From Lama glama (lineage: Eukaryota), in NCBI GenBank assembly GCA_028534125.1, contig CM052817.1:21764001-21828000 (forward strand): 64,000 bases of DNA, read 5' to 3'. The position numbers and the translations under genes were made by a program. Every line of letters begins with the position of its first letter. Positions within the stretch are counted from its first letter, which is position 1. Shown piece after piece: positions 11,553 to 23,919 of the stretch. The notes beneath the pieces were generated by a model that saw nothing but the letters and a program-made list of their open reading frames with translations, was not told the DNA's origin and did not search any database.

Positions 11553-14500
11553 AGGTAAATAATTACTTCAGATTGTTAACTGCAGGGTGAAAAAGAAGTT
11601 TAACCTCAAAGATCATCTATTGCCTGTTGGCTGCGATTATTTAAGGCTTCATGCTTTGGATACATAGGCCATATTCTGGCTCAGTGGGAAAGTAGGCCAT
11701 TCAGAGATGTCTTCTATGACTTCAGAGGAGTTGATATTTGCTGGCTTCTAGAAATTCTCATTAAAAACAAACAAAAAAAAACCTGAAATCTAATTTTGAC
11801 ATTAAAATTTAACCCTGGTTTATAATCAGAGATTTAAAGTGCTTTATCCCTCATGGGGGAGGTAGTGGTGGAGGTGGAAGGAAATATTAATCACTGGCTT
11901 GATAGATTTAGAAGATCCCAAAATCAGAGTGGTGATGCTAGGTCCCCTTTCTTCACATACTCAGCCCCTCTCTTTCTCTTTCCATGCCTATCTTTCCATC
12001 TTTCCTTTTTCTCTGCTACCCCATCTTTCTGACTCCCATGCTTTTATCTTTATCTTTCCAATGAAGCTAATCCCTTGCATTCTCAGATACTAGTTAGTTC
12101 CACTGACAATATTATCAAATAATATTTATTTTTTCCTTCTCTTTAACTTGTGAGTGATCTAATTACCACTCTTCTTCAGCAAATTAATTTTTAAACAATG
12201 AAATTTTCTCAAATTAACATTGTATGCCAATATTCTTCTATCCTAAAAAAAGGCATCAAAGTCATCTAATGAAATTCCAAGATTACACTTTAATGTGTGT
12301 GCTAGCACAGTGCTGCATACATAAAGAAATTAGCATTTGGTGAATAAATGATTTAAACAACTATGTAGCTACCTATCCTATCCCAATGATTTTCTTGAAG
12401 GTTGCAATGAATACTAAAAAAGAAATTAGATACAAAATAAAATAGTAAAACTGTGATTTTGCTAAGTCTATGTCAGGACCTTAGGTCTTATTACTATTTT
12501 CAGACCTGTACATATTCAATTACAGCATGTTGACTCTTCATTTGAGCCCTCCCTCAGCATCAGATAGAGTGTGATTTTAAATTAGAAGGTCAAAGAGCAA
12601 AATTTTTCAATTACACAAAGCATATTCCCTGCATTAACACCAAAGGGAGATATAAAATCAGACTTATCAAAAGAGGCATACTTTCTAAAACTATAGAAGT
12701 TATATGCTGGCTTCATAATAATTTCTAGTTTTCTATAAAGAATAATTTTGGAAATACAGGAATACAGTTTCACTCTGTATCCAACAGTGGGAAGAAAAAC
12801 AAAACGAAGTCCTACAAATGTAAAATGCTCTCACCATTTTGTATCAACAGTCCCATCATCAGTTATTAAATTTTTACTACAGCTAGTCTGCATTGATTCC
12901 TTTCTTCTTAAAACTCATTCAAATCCTCCCAGGTGTCAGGTTTATACAATTACAAAGGATACAAAAATTAGAAAAATAGGATCTTGGCCCTTAAGAAGTC
13001 TATAGTACGGCAGGGGAGAAAAATTTATAAACCAACACTCCTAACAAATTATTATGAAGTTCCAAGAGTCTACAGTAACCAATTTTAGGAAAACACAAAC
13101 TTTATCAAGCTGAAACTGATTTAATTTAAATTTCATTCTACTCAGGACTCCAATTTCAATATTTAATTCAATTTCCATACTGTGTATATGACATTGTATA
13201 TTTTTTAAGCCAGTCAGAGGTATAAATTTTCTCTCTTTTTTTGCCCATGTAAAGTGTTGTATATTTTCAGAATATTTCAAGGGAGAAATTAACTCATTTC
13301 TGTCTTCCATAACAAAGCTGTAGCTAATAAATTAAAGTTGTTTGCTCTTGCAATTCCAGTTTCTATAGAAAGTTTAGTAAAGTTCTCCTTTATTTGTGAA
13401 ATGGTCTTGTAACTATGTATATGAAAAAGCATTAGTTTAACCAAGTGCCTACAAGATTTGCACATTAATTCTGAACTCAAGCAATGCATAGTCTACAAAT
13501 GAGAGCACATCAAAAAGAAAGTGAAAACAACAAAAATCTGAACTCAAGGCAAAGAGAAATTTTTACCCTCAGATAAAAGATAAACATACATAAGTGAGAA
13601 AGTATAATATAGACATATCATACTCATTTTACTGAAGTTAGGAAGAATTTTCCAAAGCAGACACTCATTGACTTGGGCATAGTCTTTCCATGATGAACTG
13701 TTGACTAGGACTACTACTGAATTGAGGTCAATTTATCAAAATTTTGTATTAGCCCTCTTGCACTGAGAAAGTTGATTAACAACTGAAAACAACATTTCTC
13801 TTGCTTTGTTGTAGGAATAATTCATCTACAACTGAATTGTTTTAAATTCAAATGAAATAATGTACGTGAAGCAATTATATGTTTATTTTTTAATCCCACA
13901 TCTTTTGAAATGACTTTTTTCTTTTTTTTCAAAATCAAAACAATATATATTTTACATCCTGCATTTTCATTATGCTATAAATGTTCCATAAGATTTTTCT
14001 AGCTGCATGGTATTTCATATTATGGTTCATATTCCTTTGTTTATTCCAATATTGCTAATGTTTATATTGTTTCCAATTGTCCAATTTACATATAATGTTC
14101 TTTGTGTTCATAAACTCTGTTCATTTTAAATTTTTTTCTTTCAAAAATTACTGGAAGAATTACTAAATAATGAAATTATTTTTATATTTTTGATACAGAT
14201 TTACAAGTGTACCCTCATATACTTAACTCCAAAACTAATGCTCTTTCCACAACGTAAACATCTCTATATTTTTACTGCACTCTAACGTACTTGAAAGACT
14301 CTGAGTGAAGTAATAGGCATGTTCTTAAAAACATTACATATAAAATACAGATGGATTTATATAACTTTCTCCTTAAGCAATAACTGACAAGTCAAGCACA
14401 TACTCTGAAAGTGTTTTTTAGTTAATTGTCAACTAGAAATGTTATAAGGATAACAACCAAGTACGTGTACCTCCTAGAGTCAACCTTGAAATGGGGTAGA

Positions 14501-14854
14501 ACTTAGATTATTTAGAAGAATACGTAGAAAACATGTCCTTTCAGCTAGCTTTCTAAAGTTCACTTACTTTAGGTAGGCTTTTTAGGATGAGGATAGCAAA
14601 TAGCTTTTGGTTTTATTCTGGGATAAGTGCCTGAGGAATGATGTTTTATGTTTCTAAAGTATTTTATATTTCTACACGTAGAATGATGCCTGGTTTATAA
14701 AAGGCACTTAAAAATATCTGTTAAATACAGGATAAATAAGAAAAGATGTACACACTTTGGAAACCAGACAAAGCAATGATATTACTTTAATAACTTGAAG
14801 GTCTAAAGAGTAACTGGCCTGACAGAACATCAGCCCACTAGAAGTCAGTGAAGG

Positions 14855-15217
14855 TGCTATGGCCTGGATGTTTGTATCCCTCTCAAAATCATCTGTTGAA
14901 ACCCTAACCCACAATGTGGTGATATTCAGAGGTGATGCCTTTGGGAGGTAGTTAGTAATGAGAATGAAGTCCTGAAGAATGAGATTAGTGCTCTTATAAA
15001 AAGAGAAAAGAAAAAGTTCATTTTCTCTCTGTTCTCTCTGCCTATGTGGGAATACAACATGAAAACAGCTATCTGCAAACCAGGAAGCAGACACTCACCA
15101 GATATCAGATCTGCTAGCATCTTGATCAGCCTCCCAGCCTCCAAAAGAATGAGAAATAAATGACTTGTTTATAACATGCGGTCAATGGTATTTTGTTATA
15201 GCAGCTGGAGTAAGACA
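14855..15217 (+). mobile_element. MaLR LTR, MLT1A/MST-type
   Basis: Begins TGCTATGG...'ttgaaaccctaacccacaatgtggtgatatt...gcctttgggagg'; ends 'atggtattttgttatagcagc...taagaca'. Confidence 0.9.
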
Positions 15218-15399
15218 GGTTTATGTGCCACCTGTGTACATAGCAAGCACTTATCCAGATACATGCTTTAATTAATTATCAAACAATTTCTATAACTTTG
15301 GACAATAACAGATAAGAAAACAAGCTTGGATTTGTGCCCTGCTTGCTAATGGAATTTATCCTCACAGAGAGGTCACAAGACATTTAGTCATAGCATGTA

Positions 15400-15570
15400 C
15401 AGCATAGTGGTAAAACCATGACTGTCCAGCTTCAAGTCTTTTCTCTACATCCTAGCAACTGTATAATCTTGGGCAAGTTACTTCAATTTATTCACTTGTG
15501 AAATGGGAACATTGTGAGAATTACATAAAGTTATATATGTCAAATATTCAGAACGGTGTTTGAGCATGTT
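15400..15570 (+). mobile_element. MIR SINE
   Basis: 'agcatagtggtaaaaccatg...ctgtataatcttgggcaagttacttcaa...gtgaaatggg...tgtgagaattacataa'. Confidence 0.7.
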
Positions 15571-16354
15571 TGTTGGTAATATGCACTTCCTACCCTTATT
15601 AGTTTTCCATGTGACTCAATACATTTCTAAACCACTTGTACACTTTATATGCTAAGAGCAATGCAGTAGAAAATTTGACATAAAATTGGATCATTCACAG
15701 TAGCAAGCAAAAGATAAACTGGAATAAACTTCAAAATAAATGTACATGAGTTCTATTATTGAAGACAAAAATGCCTCAAACATTGTTTTATAATTCCGTC
15801 CTGTATTAAGCATAGCCATGAACAAGACATATAAACATCCTTGCCCTCATGAGTCTTACGTTCTGGTAGAGGGAAACATAAATTAAACATTTAAATAAAA
15901 ATATACATGGATAATAGGTAGTGTGTTCATCAGGAATCTCTAGAGAAACAAAACCAATAAGATATATAAATATGGAAAGAAAGAGAGAGAAGAAGAGATT
16001 GGTCAGTCATCTTTTGAGACTCTCTCAGCTGTGCTTAGATCTCAAGCGCCTTCTGAAAGGAGGCTCCTGATACTACATTCACAACTTACGAAGACAGAGC
16101 TAATCTAAATTTGACTATAGTTTCAACAAATCCTAAAACCAGCTCAACTACACATGAGATTGATTTGGGTCCTACTTTAGAGGGCCGACAGAGACAAGGT
16201 TATGTGTCTGCTAATGATAAACATTATTTACTTCACTATTATCTTTTATACCCAATATCTAGCATGCAATCAAGAACTGTGAACCAGGTGAAGCAGAAAA
16301 TGCAACCCTCAAATCACAAGGGACCAAGATAATAAAATATCTCTGATAGTGATT

Positions 16355-16880
16355 ATCCACCACCTGAAAACAACATTTATTATCTCAGTTTGTATGGATT
16401 AGGAATACAACTGTGACTTAGCCTCAAGCTGTCTCACAAGGCTGCCATCAAGGTGTCAGCTGGATCTGTGGTCTTACCTGAAGGCTCCCTTAGGGGAGGA
16501 TCTGCTTGCAGGCTCCTACGTGGTTGTAGGCAGGATTCAGTTCTCTGTGGGCTGATGGATTGTTGTCTTCAGTTCCTCAAGGACTGTGAATGAAAGGCCC
16601 CCATCATTTCTTTGCCTGGTAGACCTCTCCACTGGGCAGCTCATACATGGCAGTTGGCTGAGAGAAAGAGAGAGAATGAGAAAAGAATAAGAGTGAGAAC
16701 CCAAGACAGAAGACAGATTTTTTTAAAACTGTAACATGATCATGAAAGTGGCATGTTTTGCCATGATCTGTTCATTAGGAATGAGTTGCTAGGCCCAGGC
16801 AACACTCAAGGAGAACTGATTATCCAACAGGGTAAATACTGGGAGGTGGAGATATTTAGAAAACATAATAGATCCATACT
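16355..16880 (-). mobile_element. MaLR LTR, MLT1F/G-type
   Basis: 'aaaacaacatttattatctcagttt', 'catcaaggtgtcagctgg', 'gggaggatctgct', 'gtaggcaggattcagttc'. Confidence 0.75.
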
Positions 16881-18046
16881 ATTGTAGAATGACAGAAGAA
16901 TAAACATATTAATTTTCACTAAACTGTTCTCTTCAGTGCTTGGGAGAGAGCTAAACTTACAAACTCATATTCAAAATGGCACAGAGAAGTGAAAACAAAA
17001 ATCACTAAATCCACGCACCATGCCATGCTCTATAATCCTGGGAACTCTCTGCAGTCACTCATTTAAAGCCAATTATGTTTTATGTTTTATTTTCCAAATT
17101 CAAAGTCCTTTGGAGAGAAGAGACTAGAAATTAGCAGGCAGTATTGTATTTGAAAGAGGAAGAAAAACAGGAAAAATTTGTAAAAGCACTTAGAAGCAGG
17201 CTGTTTGGGAACACTTAGTATAAAATCCATTTATTGAAATGTATATTCCAATTGCTACTATGGAGTCTATTAAATTTTCATCTGGAATTGTTAAAGTATT
17301 TTTTATATAAAATAATCATTAATAGAGGTAAGGTTTTTATCTGGAAAGCCTTTTTACTAACGCTCATTTTCAGACAATCCTCAATTAATTAGTACTGCTC
17401 CCTCTTTCTAAAGTAAGGTCAACACTTTTTCATCAATATATCTTCATTTGGCACTAAGTTTGGTCATCTAAACAGGTTTCATTAGTTATTTTTCTTTACT
17501 ACCACTTGTCCAACATGAAAATTCCTCAAAATAGCTCATCAACCCTTATGATTTCATCACCATCTAATCAAATTAAACCGCTGATTATAATAGCAATTAC
17601 TAACAGTTTATCTCTATTACTGTCTATAAACAGCTCCAAGCACTAACAGAAAAAAGAATAACCACCTACCATGCAAATCTAGTAAATGGCAATGTGTGTC
17701 TGTTTTTCAACGGTCAAGCAATTAAATATTCATAAATAACTTTTCTTTTAGCAGGAGGACAAAATCTGAGATTTGGGCATTTTACTTCATGCTAAATATG
17801 ATGCCATAATGATATAATTGAGGCAAAATAATTTAAAGTGATATAGACTTTAAATTTTTGTGAACTTTAACAGATAGAATCAATTCCCAGAAGTCTTTAA
17901 AATCTGATTCAAGAGCTTCTATTACAGGAATGTTCTAATTTATATATGCTGGAAAATATCAGGGCAAAGAGTAGCAATTGGAAATTATAAATTACCCTTT
18001 TTTATGATATGATTAAAAGTTCACAATTTAAGGGAAAATGTTATTT

Positions 18047-18660
18047 TTTTTACAGGTTTATTGAGGAATAATTGACAAATAAAATTGTATATATTTAAAA
18101 TGTACAACATGATGATTGGACATATGCATACACTGTGAAATGATAACAACAATCAAGTTAATTAACACACCCAAAACCTCACATAGTTGACTTTTGTGTG
18201 TGTATGATAAGAACTGTTAAGATGCACTCTCAGCAAATTTCAAGTATTTAATATAGTATTAGCCATGGTGTACATTAAATACTGAGAACTTACTGATCCA
18301 AAAACAAATTCAGTAAAGTTGCAGGATACAAAATCAAAATACAAAAGTCAGTTGTGTTTCTATACACTAACAACACACTTTCTGAAAAGAGAAATTAATA
18401 AAATAATCGTATTTACAATAGCATCAAAGACAAAATACTTAGGAATAAATTTAACCAGAGTGGGGAAAGACCTGTACACTGTAAACTATTAAGATGTTGA
18501 GGAAACAATGGAAGATGACACAAATAAAAGGAAAGTTATCCCATAATCTTGGATAGGAAGAATTAATATTGTTAAAATGTTCATACTACCGAATGCAATG
18601 AAATCCTTAACAAAATTTCAATAAATTTTTTTAGATTAAAAACATAACTAAAATTTATAA
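18047..18660 (-). mobile_element. L1 (L1MA-like 3' end on minus) joined to an oppositely oriented ORF2 fragment
   Basis: 18047-18285 is an antisense L1MA-type 3' end with poly(T); ~18290-18660 is plus-strand ORF2 sequence ('ttcagtaaagttgcaggatacaaaatc...ggaagaattaatattgttaaaatg'). Confidence 0.8.
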
Positions 18661-18738
18661 GGAAGATGCTACTTTGTTATATAGAGCATCTGCCTAATTC
18701 AGTCTTGCTAATTACTGAAATAACAGAAAACCTCCTAC

Positions 18739-18925
18739 CTCAAATGAAAATCCAGTTATAAGCAAACTGAATCTTTTGTTAGTCAAATAAGGATGATGAC
18801 AAAAGGCAAGTCTAAAATGGTGTCTTGTTAGCAAAAGTGACAGCACAGGATTTCTTGCTGTAGTTTAGTCAGATGTTCTTAGTATGCAACACTGGAAGCA
18901 TAGAGTCTTTGGGTTGGTTGATGGC
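18739..18925 (-). other. Candidate 187-nt non-coding exon 2 of the minus-strand transcript
   Basis: Acceptor ttttcccttaatcctgAG (18926-18927) and donor GAG|gtagga (18733-18738); apparently non-repeat sequence 475 nt from the exon-1 donor. Confidence 0.5.
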
Positions 18926-19006
18926 CTCAGGATTAAGGGAAAACATTCAATGCTGGAATCGAATTTTGCTGAGACAAGGAGTATACAATTAGTGGCTGCA
19001 ACTCAC

Positions 19007-19154
19007 ATAAAGGCTAAGAGCAGCACAGTGATTTTATGTGGTCAAACGCTTCAAAGTTACAAGACCACGCTGGCGAACTCGCGCCAGATAAACATTTTCC
19101 AGATTCCATATGTTCTGCCTTGGAAAGCCAGTTTTAGTGATGGATTTTCTACAA
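19007..19154 (-). other. Candidate alternative 148-nt non-coding exon
   Basis: Acceptor ctttttgcttttatatgcAG (19155-19156) and donor TAT|gtgagt (19001-19006); both internal ATGs reach stops inside the exon. Confidence 0.35.
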
Positions 19155-19400
19155 CTGCATATAAAAGCAAAAAGTGATGGCAAAAATATCATCCTAGCTA
19201 GCAAATGGTGTCAAAAGTATTAGACTGTCTAATGCAGCATGACCAGAAAATTTTATTTCTCTATTTATTTCCCTATCTATTTAAATTTTTAACCATTATG
19301 GTCGCCAGGGAAGTCCTGGGTTTGGTCCAGGGTGGGCTGAAGGCAGGATTTCCCAGGAAGGAAAACGGCACAGCGGGAAGCCCCAAGGGCGCTATGTTAC

Positions 19401-19540
19401 CTCAGGTGTGTCGGAGAGTCAGCGCGGATGCAGCTGCAGGAACAGGGAGAGGACGGGCCAGGAAGTACCACTGCTCCGAGAGGCTTCCAGAATAGCTGAA
19501 TCTGGCCTGAGGCGCTGCTGACGCGAGAGGAAGCGCGATC
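19401..19540 (-). other. Candidate first (non-coding) exon of a minus-strand gene whose CDS would lie outside the window; 5' end approximate
   Basis: Donor GAG|gtaaca (19395-19400) at the edge of the CpG island; no ATG in the exon on the minus strand. Confidence 0.6.
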
Positions 19541-19599
19541 TCGCGGAATTTCAAGAGCTCTCAAAGGGCGGGCAGGGGGAATGCTGGGAAGAGGAGCCC

Positions 19600-19829
19600 G
19601 AGGCTGAGGCAGCGGCAGCCGCGGCGGCTGGGGGTTCTAGAGTCCTCTCAGTAGTGTGGTTCACGCCACCTATCAAGCAAAATGCTAAACCTCCTCAGTG
19701 CCACCACCCCACTTTCCGTGCCCAGAGTCGCAGGGGAGCATCACATCGCCCCGGAGGCCTGGCCTGCGGAGGGAGGCGGCTTTGGCCTGAAGGCTGTGCC
19801 GGGGCGCGATGTCTTGAACCTGAAGGCGA
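19600..19829 (+). ncRNA. Candidate first exon of a divergent lncRNA; 5' end approximate
   Basis: The island ends abruptly at overlapping donor-like motifs AAG|gcgagt and CGA|gtgagc (19826-19835), followed by AT-rich sequence; no coding exons found downstream. Confidence 0.35.
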
Positions 19830-20341
19830 GTGAGCATTTATGATTTTAGCTACATTATTGGTACATTTCTGATAACCTTTTACAATTTTGAATAATTTTG
19901 ATTTTAAGAATTACTATGTCAAGTAATTTAAAAGAATTTAAAAAGTTAATCGATAATTACTCTGAGTAAATTCCCAGAGTAATATTGTTTGGTATGGTTC
20001 TAAGACACAATCTAACAATATAAAATTGGGAAGGGGGTGTCAAGGAGTCTTGCTTTTCTGAAAAACTTTAATAGTTACTCTCTAGGCACAAGTCAGGTTT
20101 GTGTATGGTAAGTAAGTGAAATCGTAACAGTCTAAAGAGATAGGTAACTGTTAAATTTAGATGTCATTTAATGTGGCAGGAGTGTTTGTTCCGTTGATTT
20201 CTTTCTTGGGGAGGGAAAAATTCCCTGAGTAGGAATGGAGAATATCTAAGAAAAATAAATGTACTGATGCCAAAAGGAGAGCTCTGATACGTGTTCCCAA
20301 CATTTCTGTGTCTTTACCGCCTGTGAGCATCCCAGTAATTA

Positions 20342-20866
20342 TGTTACCGGGAAAGGGGAAATAAGAATTACCTCGGTTCTTAGTCACCCGGAAAAAAAAT
20401 AATTTTTGAGGAGAAACAGAAAGCGTGATATAAGCAAGACTTTTATTAGTGAAGTAAAAAAAAAAAATAGTAAAAGATAGTACACTCCTGAGAATTGGGA
20501 GCAGGCCAATCCAAAAGAGGAATGAATGGCACTGTTCCTTTTTATTTTTTTCCAGTTTTTATATTCTGGTTTCCTGATTGATAGGTTGATGATTAGTTGA
20601 TTGACTGACAACTCAGGTTCCCTGTGCCCTACACTCCCATCCCCTTTTGGGCAGGTACATTGGGTCAAGTTATACCAGGTCCCCTTCCCATGCACAGCTG
20701 CAGCGCTTTGACCTTAACTGGCTTCTTTTACTGGCCCTTATTTAGAGAACGTAGAAATTTCTGGAGTCCCTTTTCCTGAATGCAGACACACTGCCATTTT
20801 CTGGGTTGTTCCTTTCCATTTCCTCTCCCCCTGCCTAGTGCTCATTTCTATCTAAACTGCCTAACA
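20342..20866 (-). mobile_element. ERV1-type solo LTR
   Basis: TGTTAGG...GTAACA on minus; TSD ATTA (20338-20341, 20867-20870); minus-strand AATAAA near 20442-20447; 5' end resembles that of the LTR at 271. Confidence 0.9.
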
Positions 20867-22074
20867 ATTATTTTTTGCAAATACATTTTGCTATTTCTTG
20901 TTCAATTTTATTGTGACTAAATGTTAGCCTTAATAATGTGAGACTCTTTGATATACCGGAAGTGTCCAGTGGAAGGTAAATGATTTTCTGAAGTGTTTAG
21001 GGATATAGAGATGAGATTTTTTTATTCAGAGAAACTAAGAATATTACAGTATTTAAAGGACCTCTGTTCAACAAGTTTAAGGCATGAGAATTCAGTTATA
21101 AACAATCTAATATACTGTAAAAACAGCAAAATGGGAAGAAAAGGTTAACGTGCTAAAAGAAAGAATATGCTAATCTGTGGCCTAGGTAGTCTTGCTGCAA
21201 AGATCTTGAGCTCTCTAATTTGTGCTGTTATTGGCTTCATACAAAGGTCTTGATTTAGCAATGTTCTGACAATATTCTGATACCAAAGTATTTTTTAAGT
21301 AGCCTCAATTTGAGGTGTGTAGTTGGGATGCTCTTTTAATCATTTTTAAATGATTTGTGTTTCTGTAATTTACAAACATGGATCTTAGGAGCCACCTCTT
21401 GGAATGTTACTGCTGAGCTATTTGCTCACAGTAACCTAGAAGACTCTTTGCATTGAGATTCATTGGTTGGCATCCTGTAATGTCTCTCCCAGAAATCCAA
21501 GCCTTCAGGCTTTTGGTCATCAAAGGTCTTTTGGGAAGAATGTTGAAAATAGACTATACTTTTTAATGTCAAGACTGAGTATATATACTTCACAATTCCC
21601 TTGGCCATATGTATTTGCAACCCAGCAAGTTCTAGGACAGAAATGATATTCCTAAATGCAAGTTTGGCTAGTTACTAATTCATACAGCAAAAAGTGATAG
21701 AATTGTTTCCTTTGTTTACTATTAGCTTTTCCTATAATATGAAAGGTTATAATCTTTTTATGTGTAATTTGTCCAAATAGCAAAGATTGGATATCTTTAT
21801 GTCTTTGATACTTATGGCCTTAATTAAGAAAACAAAGATTCCTTACTTATGAAAGAACTCATGTCTTTACAACTATGTTTCCTTCTATGTTCATTTTTAA
21901 GTGTTTTGTAGACATTTACATTAAATAGGTAACCACGTACTGTTTCTCAAGCACTCACAATTTATATTAATCAAATATTCAGATAACAACATGTTGCTTT
22001 CTGCTTCCCCAAATTGGGTCCTAATTATTTCAGTTCAATTCAGTTCCATTAAAATTGGAGGATGTGTTTTGCAC

Positions 22075-22556
22075 AGGTGACAAAAATTAATCATTTGATC
22101 TAAGAAAGAAATGGGAAATTTTATTTGAGCCAAATAGAGGCTGTTCCTGGATTATAATCCTTGCAGAAAGCTCTGAGAACTGTTCTACCTGTTTGAGGTC
22201 AAGGCACACTTGTATAGATTTTTGAGACAGAAGGCTGGACATTTAATGACATAGATAGTTTGCACAATCCAGATCTGTAAGTACAAAATGGTGGGTTATC
22301 GTGACCCCTTAGAAGATCAAGAAGGAATGTTACCTTTTAAGGAGTTGTCTTGTTGATGATAGGAGAATGTTGCTCTTTATGGTTGAGCTGGTATTTCTGA
22401 TGGGGAGGTTTGGTTGATGCATAATGCAGATACACAATGCACAGTTGGGTGGTGGGTGGTGGGTGTGGGGTGGGAAGAAGAGGACAAAGTGCAGAGAAAA
22501 TTTTTATGTTTAAATTTTCCTTGACTTGCCTTAGAATATAAATTTTTATTTCATCA
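22075..22556 (-). mobile_element. ERV1-type solo LTR
   Basis: Minus strand starts TGATGAAATAAAAATT; TSD GCAC (22071-22074, 22557-22560); minus-strand AATAAA at ~22121-22126; 3' terminus degraded. Confidence 0.8.
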
Positions 22557-22962
22557 GCACCTAATACTATCTTTGAGATATTTCAGATGACCTCCAGAAA
22601 TTTGCAAAGATGTATTCTTTAGCCTTAAAAAATAAAGGTGCTATCAATAATTAGGTTTATTTGATATATTTCTGCTGATGAGTTGTATGGAAAGAGTTGA
22701 CAATGCAGAAGAAATGCTCAGAGCCTCCCCTAGGTTAAATTTATAGAGGTAATATATAATTAAAATAAATATTTCAGAAATTATATGGTTTATGAAGTTT
22801 TTGGTGATTTGTCAATTCCCTCATTTTTCATAATATGTTCTGAACTCAAAAAAAGCACCAAAATAATATTTTGTGGAGCTTGTCTATATTTATCAGACTC
22901 CTGGTGAGGTCTGGTGTGATGATTTTAGGCAACAACAGTGCAGTGTTATCAGTCAAGTATAT

Positions 22963-23494
22963 TGTAAGGGAGGAAAAGTTTTCCTCAACCATCTTAGAGT
23001 CCCTGTGTGGTCTGAAAACTCAACTGACATAGATAGATTAACAGGGCACAGCATACAGATTTTATTAAAGTTTTATGTGTACACAGTAGACTTCACAAGA
23101 GAATCAAGGCCCAGAGAAGTAATGAGGAAGGTCAGGAAGCAGGACATTTTTATATTTCTTAGACAACAAAACTATAAATTTGTAATAATTTGGCAAGACA
23201 GAAAGATTTGTGCTAAGAGTAATAAATGGTGAAGAAGTAACTAGGAGGTAAGGATTAGATTAACAAGGTTTGATTATACATATTTCTTGGCCCCAAATTC
23301 CTTTGTGATAAGAAGTCTTCCTTTCTTCTGGTACAGGGAAGGTACCTTTCTTATCTTCTACTTTTAGGAAAGAAGGGGATGGGTGGAAATCAGAGTGACT
23401 TTCCTGCTTCTTTGGTTTCTCAAACTCCTTCAGCTTAAGATATTCAATATATCAGGACACCATATTTTGGGATAGCATATCCAGTAACCCATCG
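22963..23494 (-). mobile_element. MER34/MER39-like ERV1 solo LTR
   Basis: TSD ATAT (22959-22962, 23495-23498); minus strand has 'atatgctatcccaaaatatgg' near the 5' end and ends 'cccttaca'. Confidence 0.85.
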
Positions 23495-23919
23495 ATATGT
23501 TAATAAGTGTTAATTTAGTGGTGGCTTTACTCATAATTTGAAACTAGCATCCTCTAGGCAAGTGGTTCTCATCAGACTTGAGCAGTTTTATACAATAAAG
23601 CTGTCTTAATCTTGTTATCTGATATTTTTGATACATTTTAAACTATATGGTTGCTGTATTCATGGTATAATATCTGTATTTTTATTCTTTATTGTTACAT
23701 ATCTTATTATGATCTTGCTTTATCTAAAACTTATGTTTGTTCTATTTAAAAATTAGATGTAGCATTCACAGTCTTATTTGGAAATAGGCTTAACAATTAT
23801 GCTTACACATATTTTGTGTAGAACTTTTTTTTTTTAATTCACCTTACTGTCTTGTTAGCATAACACAGAAACAGCCAAGTGTTTTTGTAAGTGATCTTGC
23901 ATCATTCTTGTTATGATCT

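Larger units (their letters stand above)
19300..19830. promoter_or_regulatory. CpG-island promoter, probably bidirectional
   Basis: The only CpG-dense, GC-rich non-repeat stretch. Three CGCG cores (19522-19525, 19534-19537, 19542-19545) with TCTCGCG on both strands; GGGCGG at 19566-19571; TTCCCAGCATTC on minus at 19579-19590; outward-facing splice donors on both flanks. Confidence 0.85.

Noticed and set aside
19205..19495. 96-aa plus-strand ORF entering the CpG island
   Set aside because: It stays open because GC-rich sequence has few stops, starts outside the island, lies antisense to the candidate first exon and resembles no known protein.
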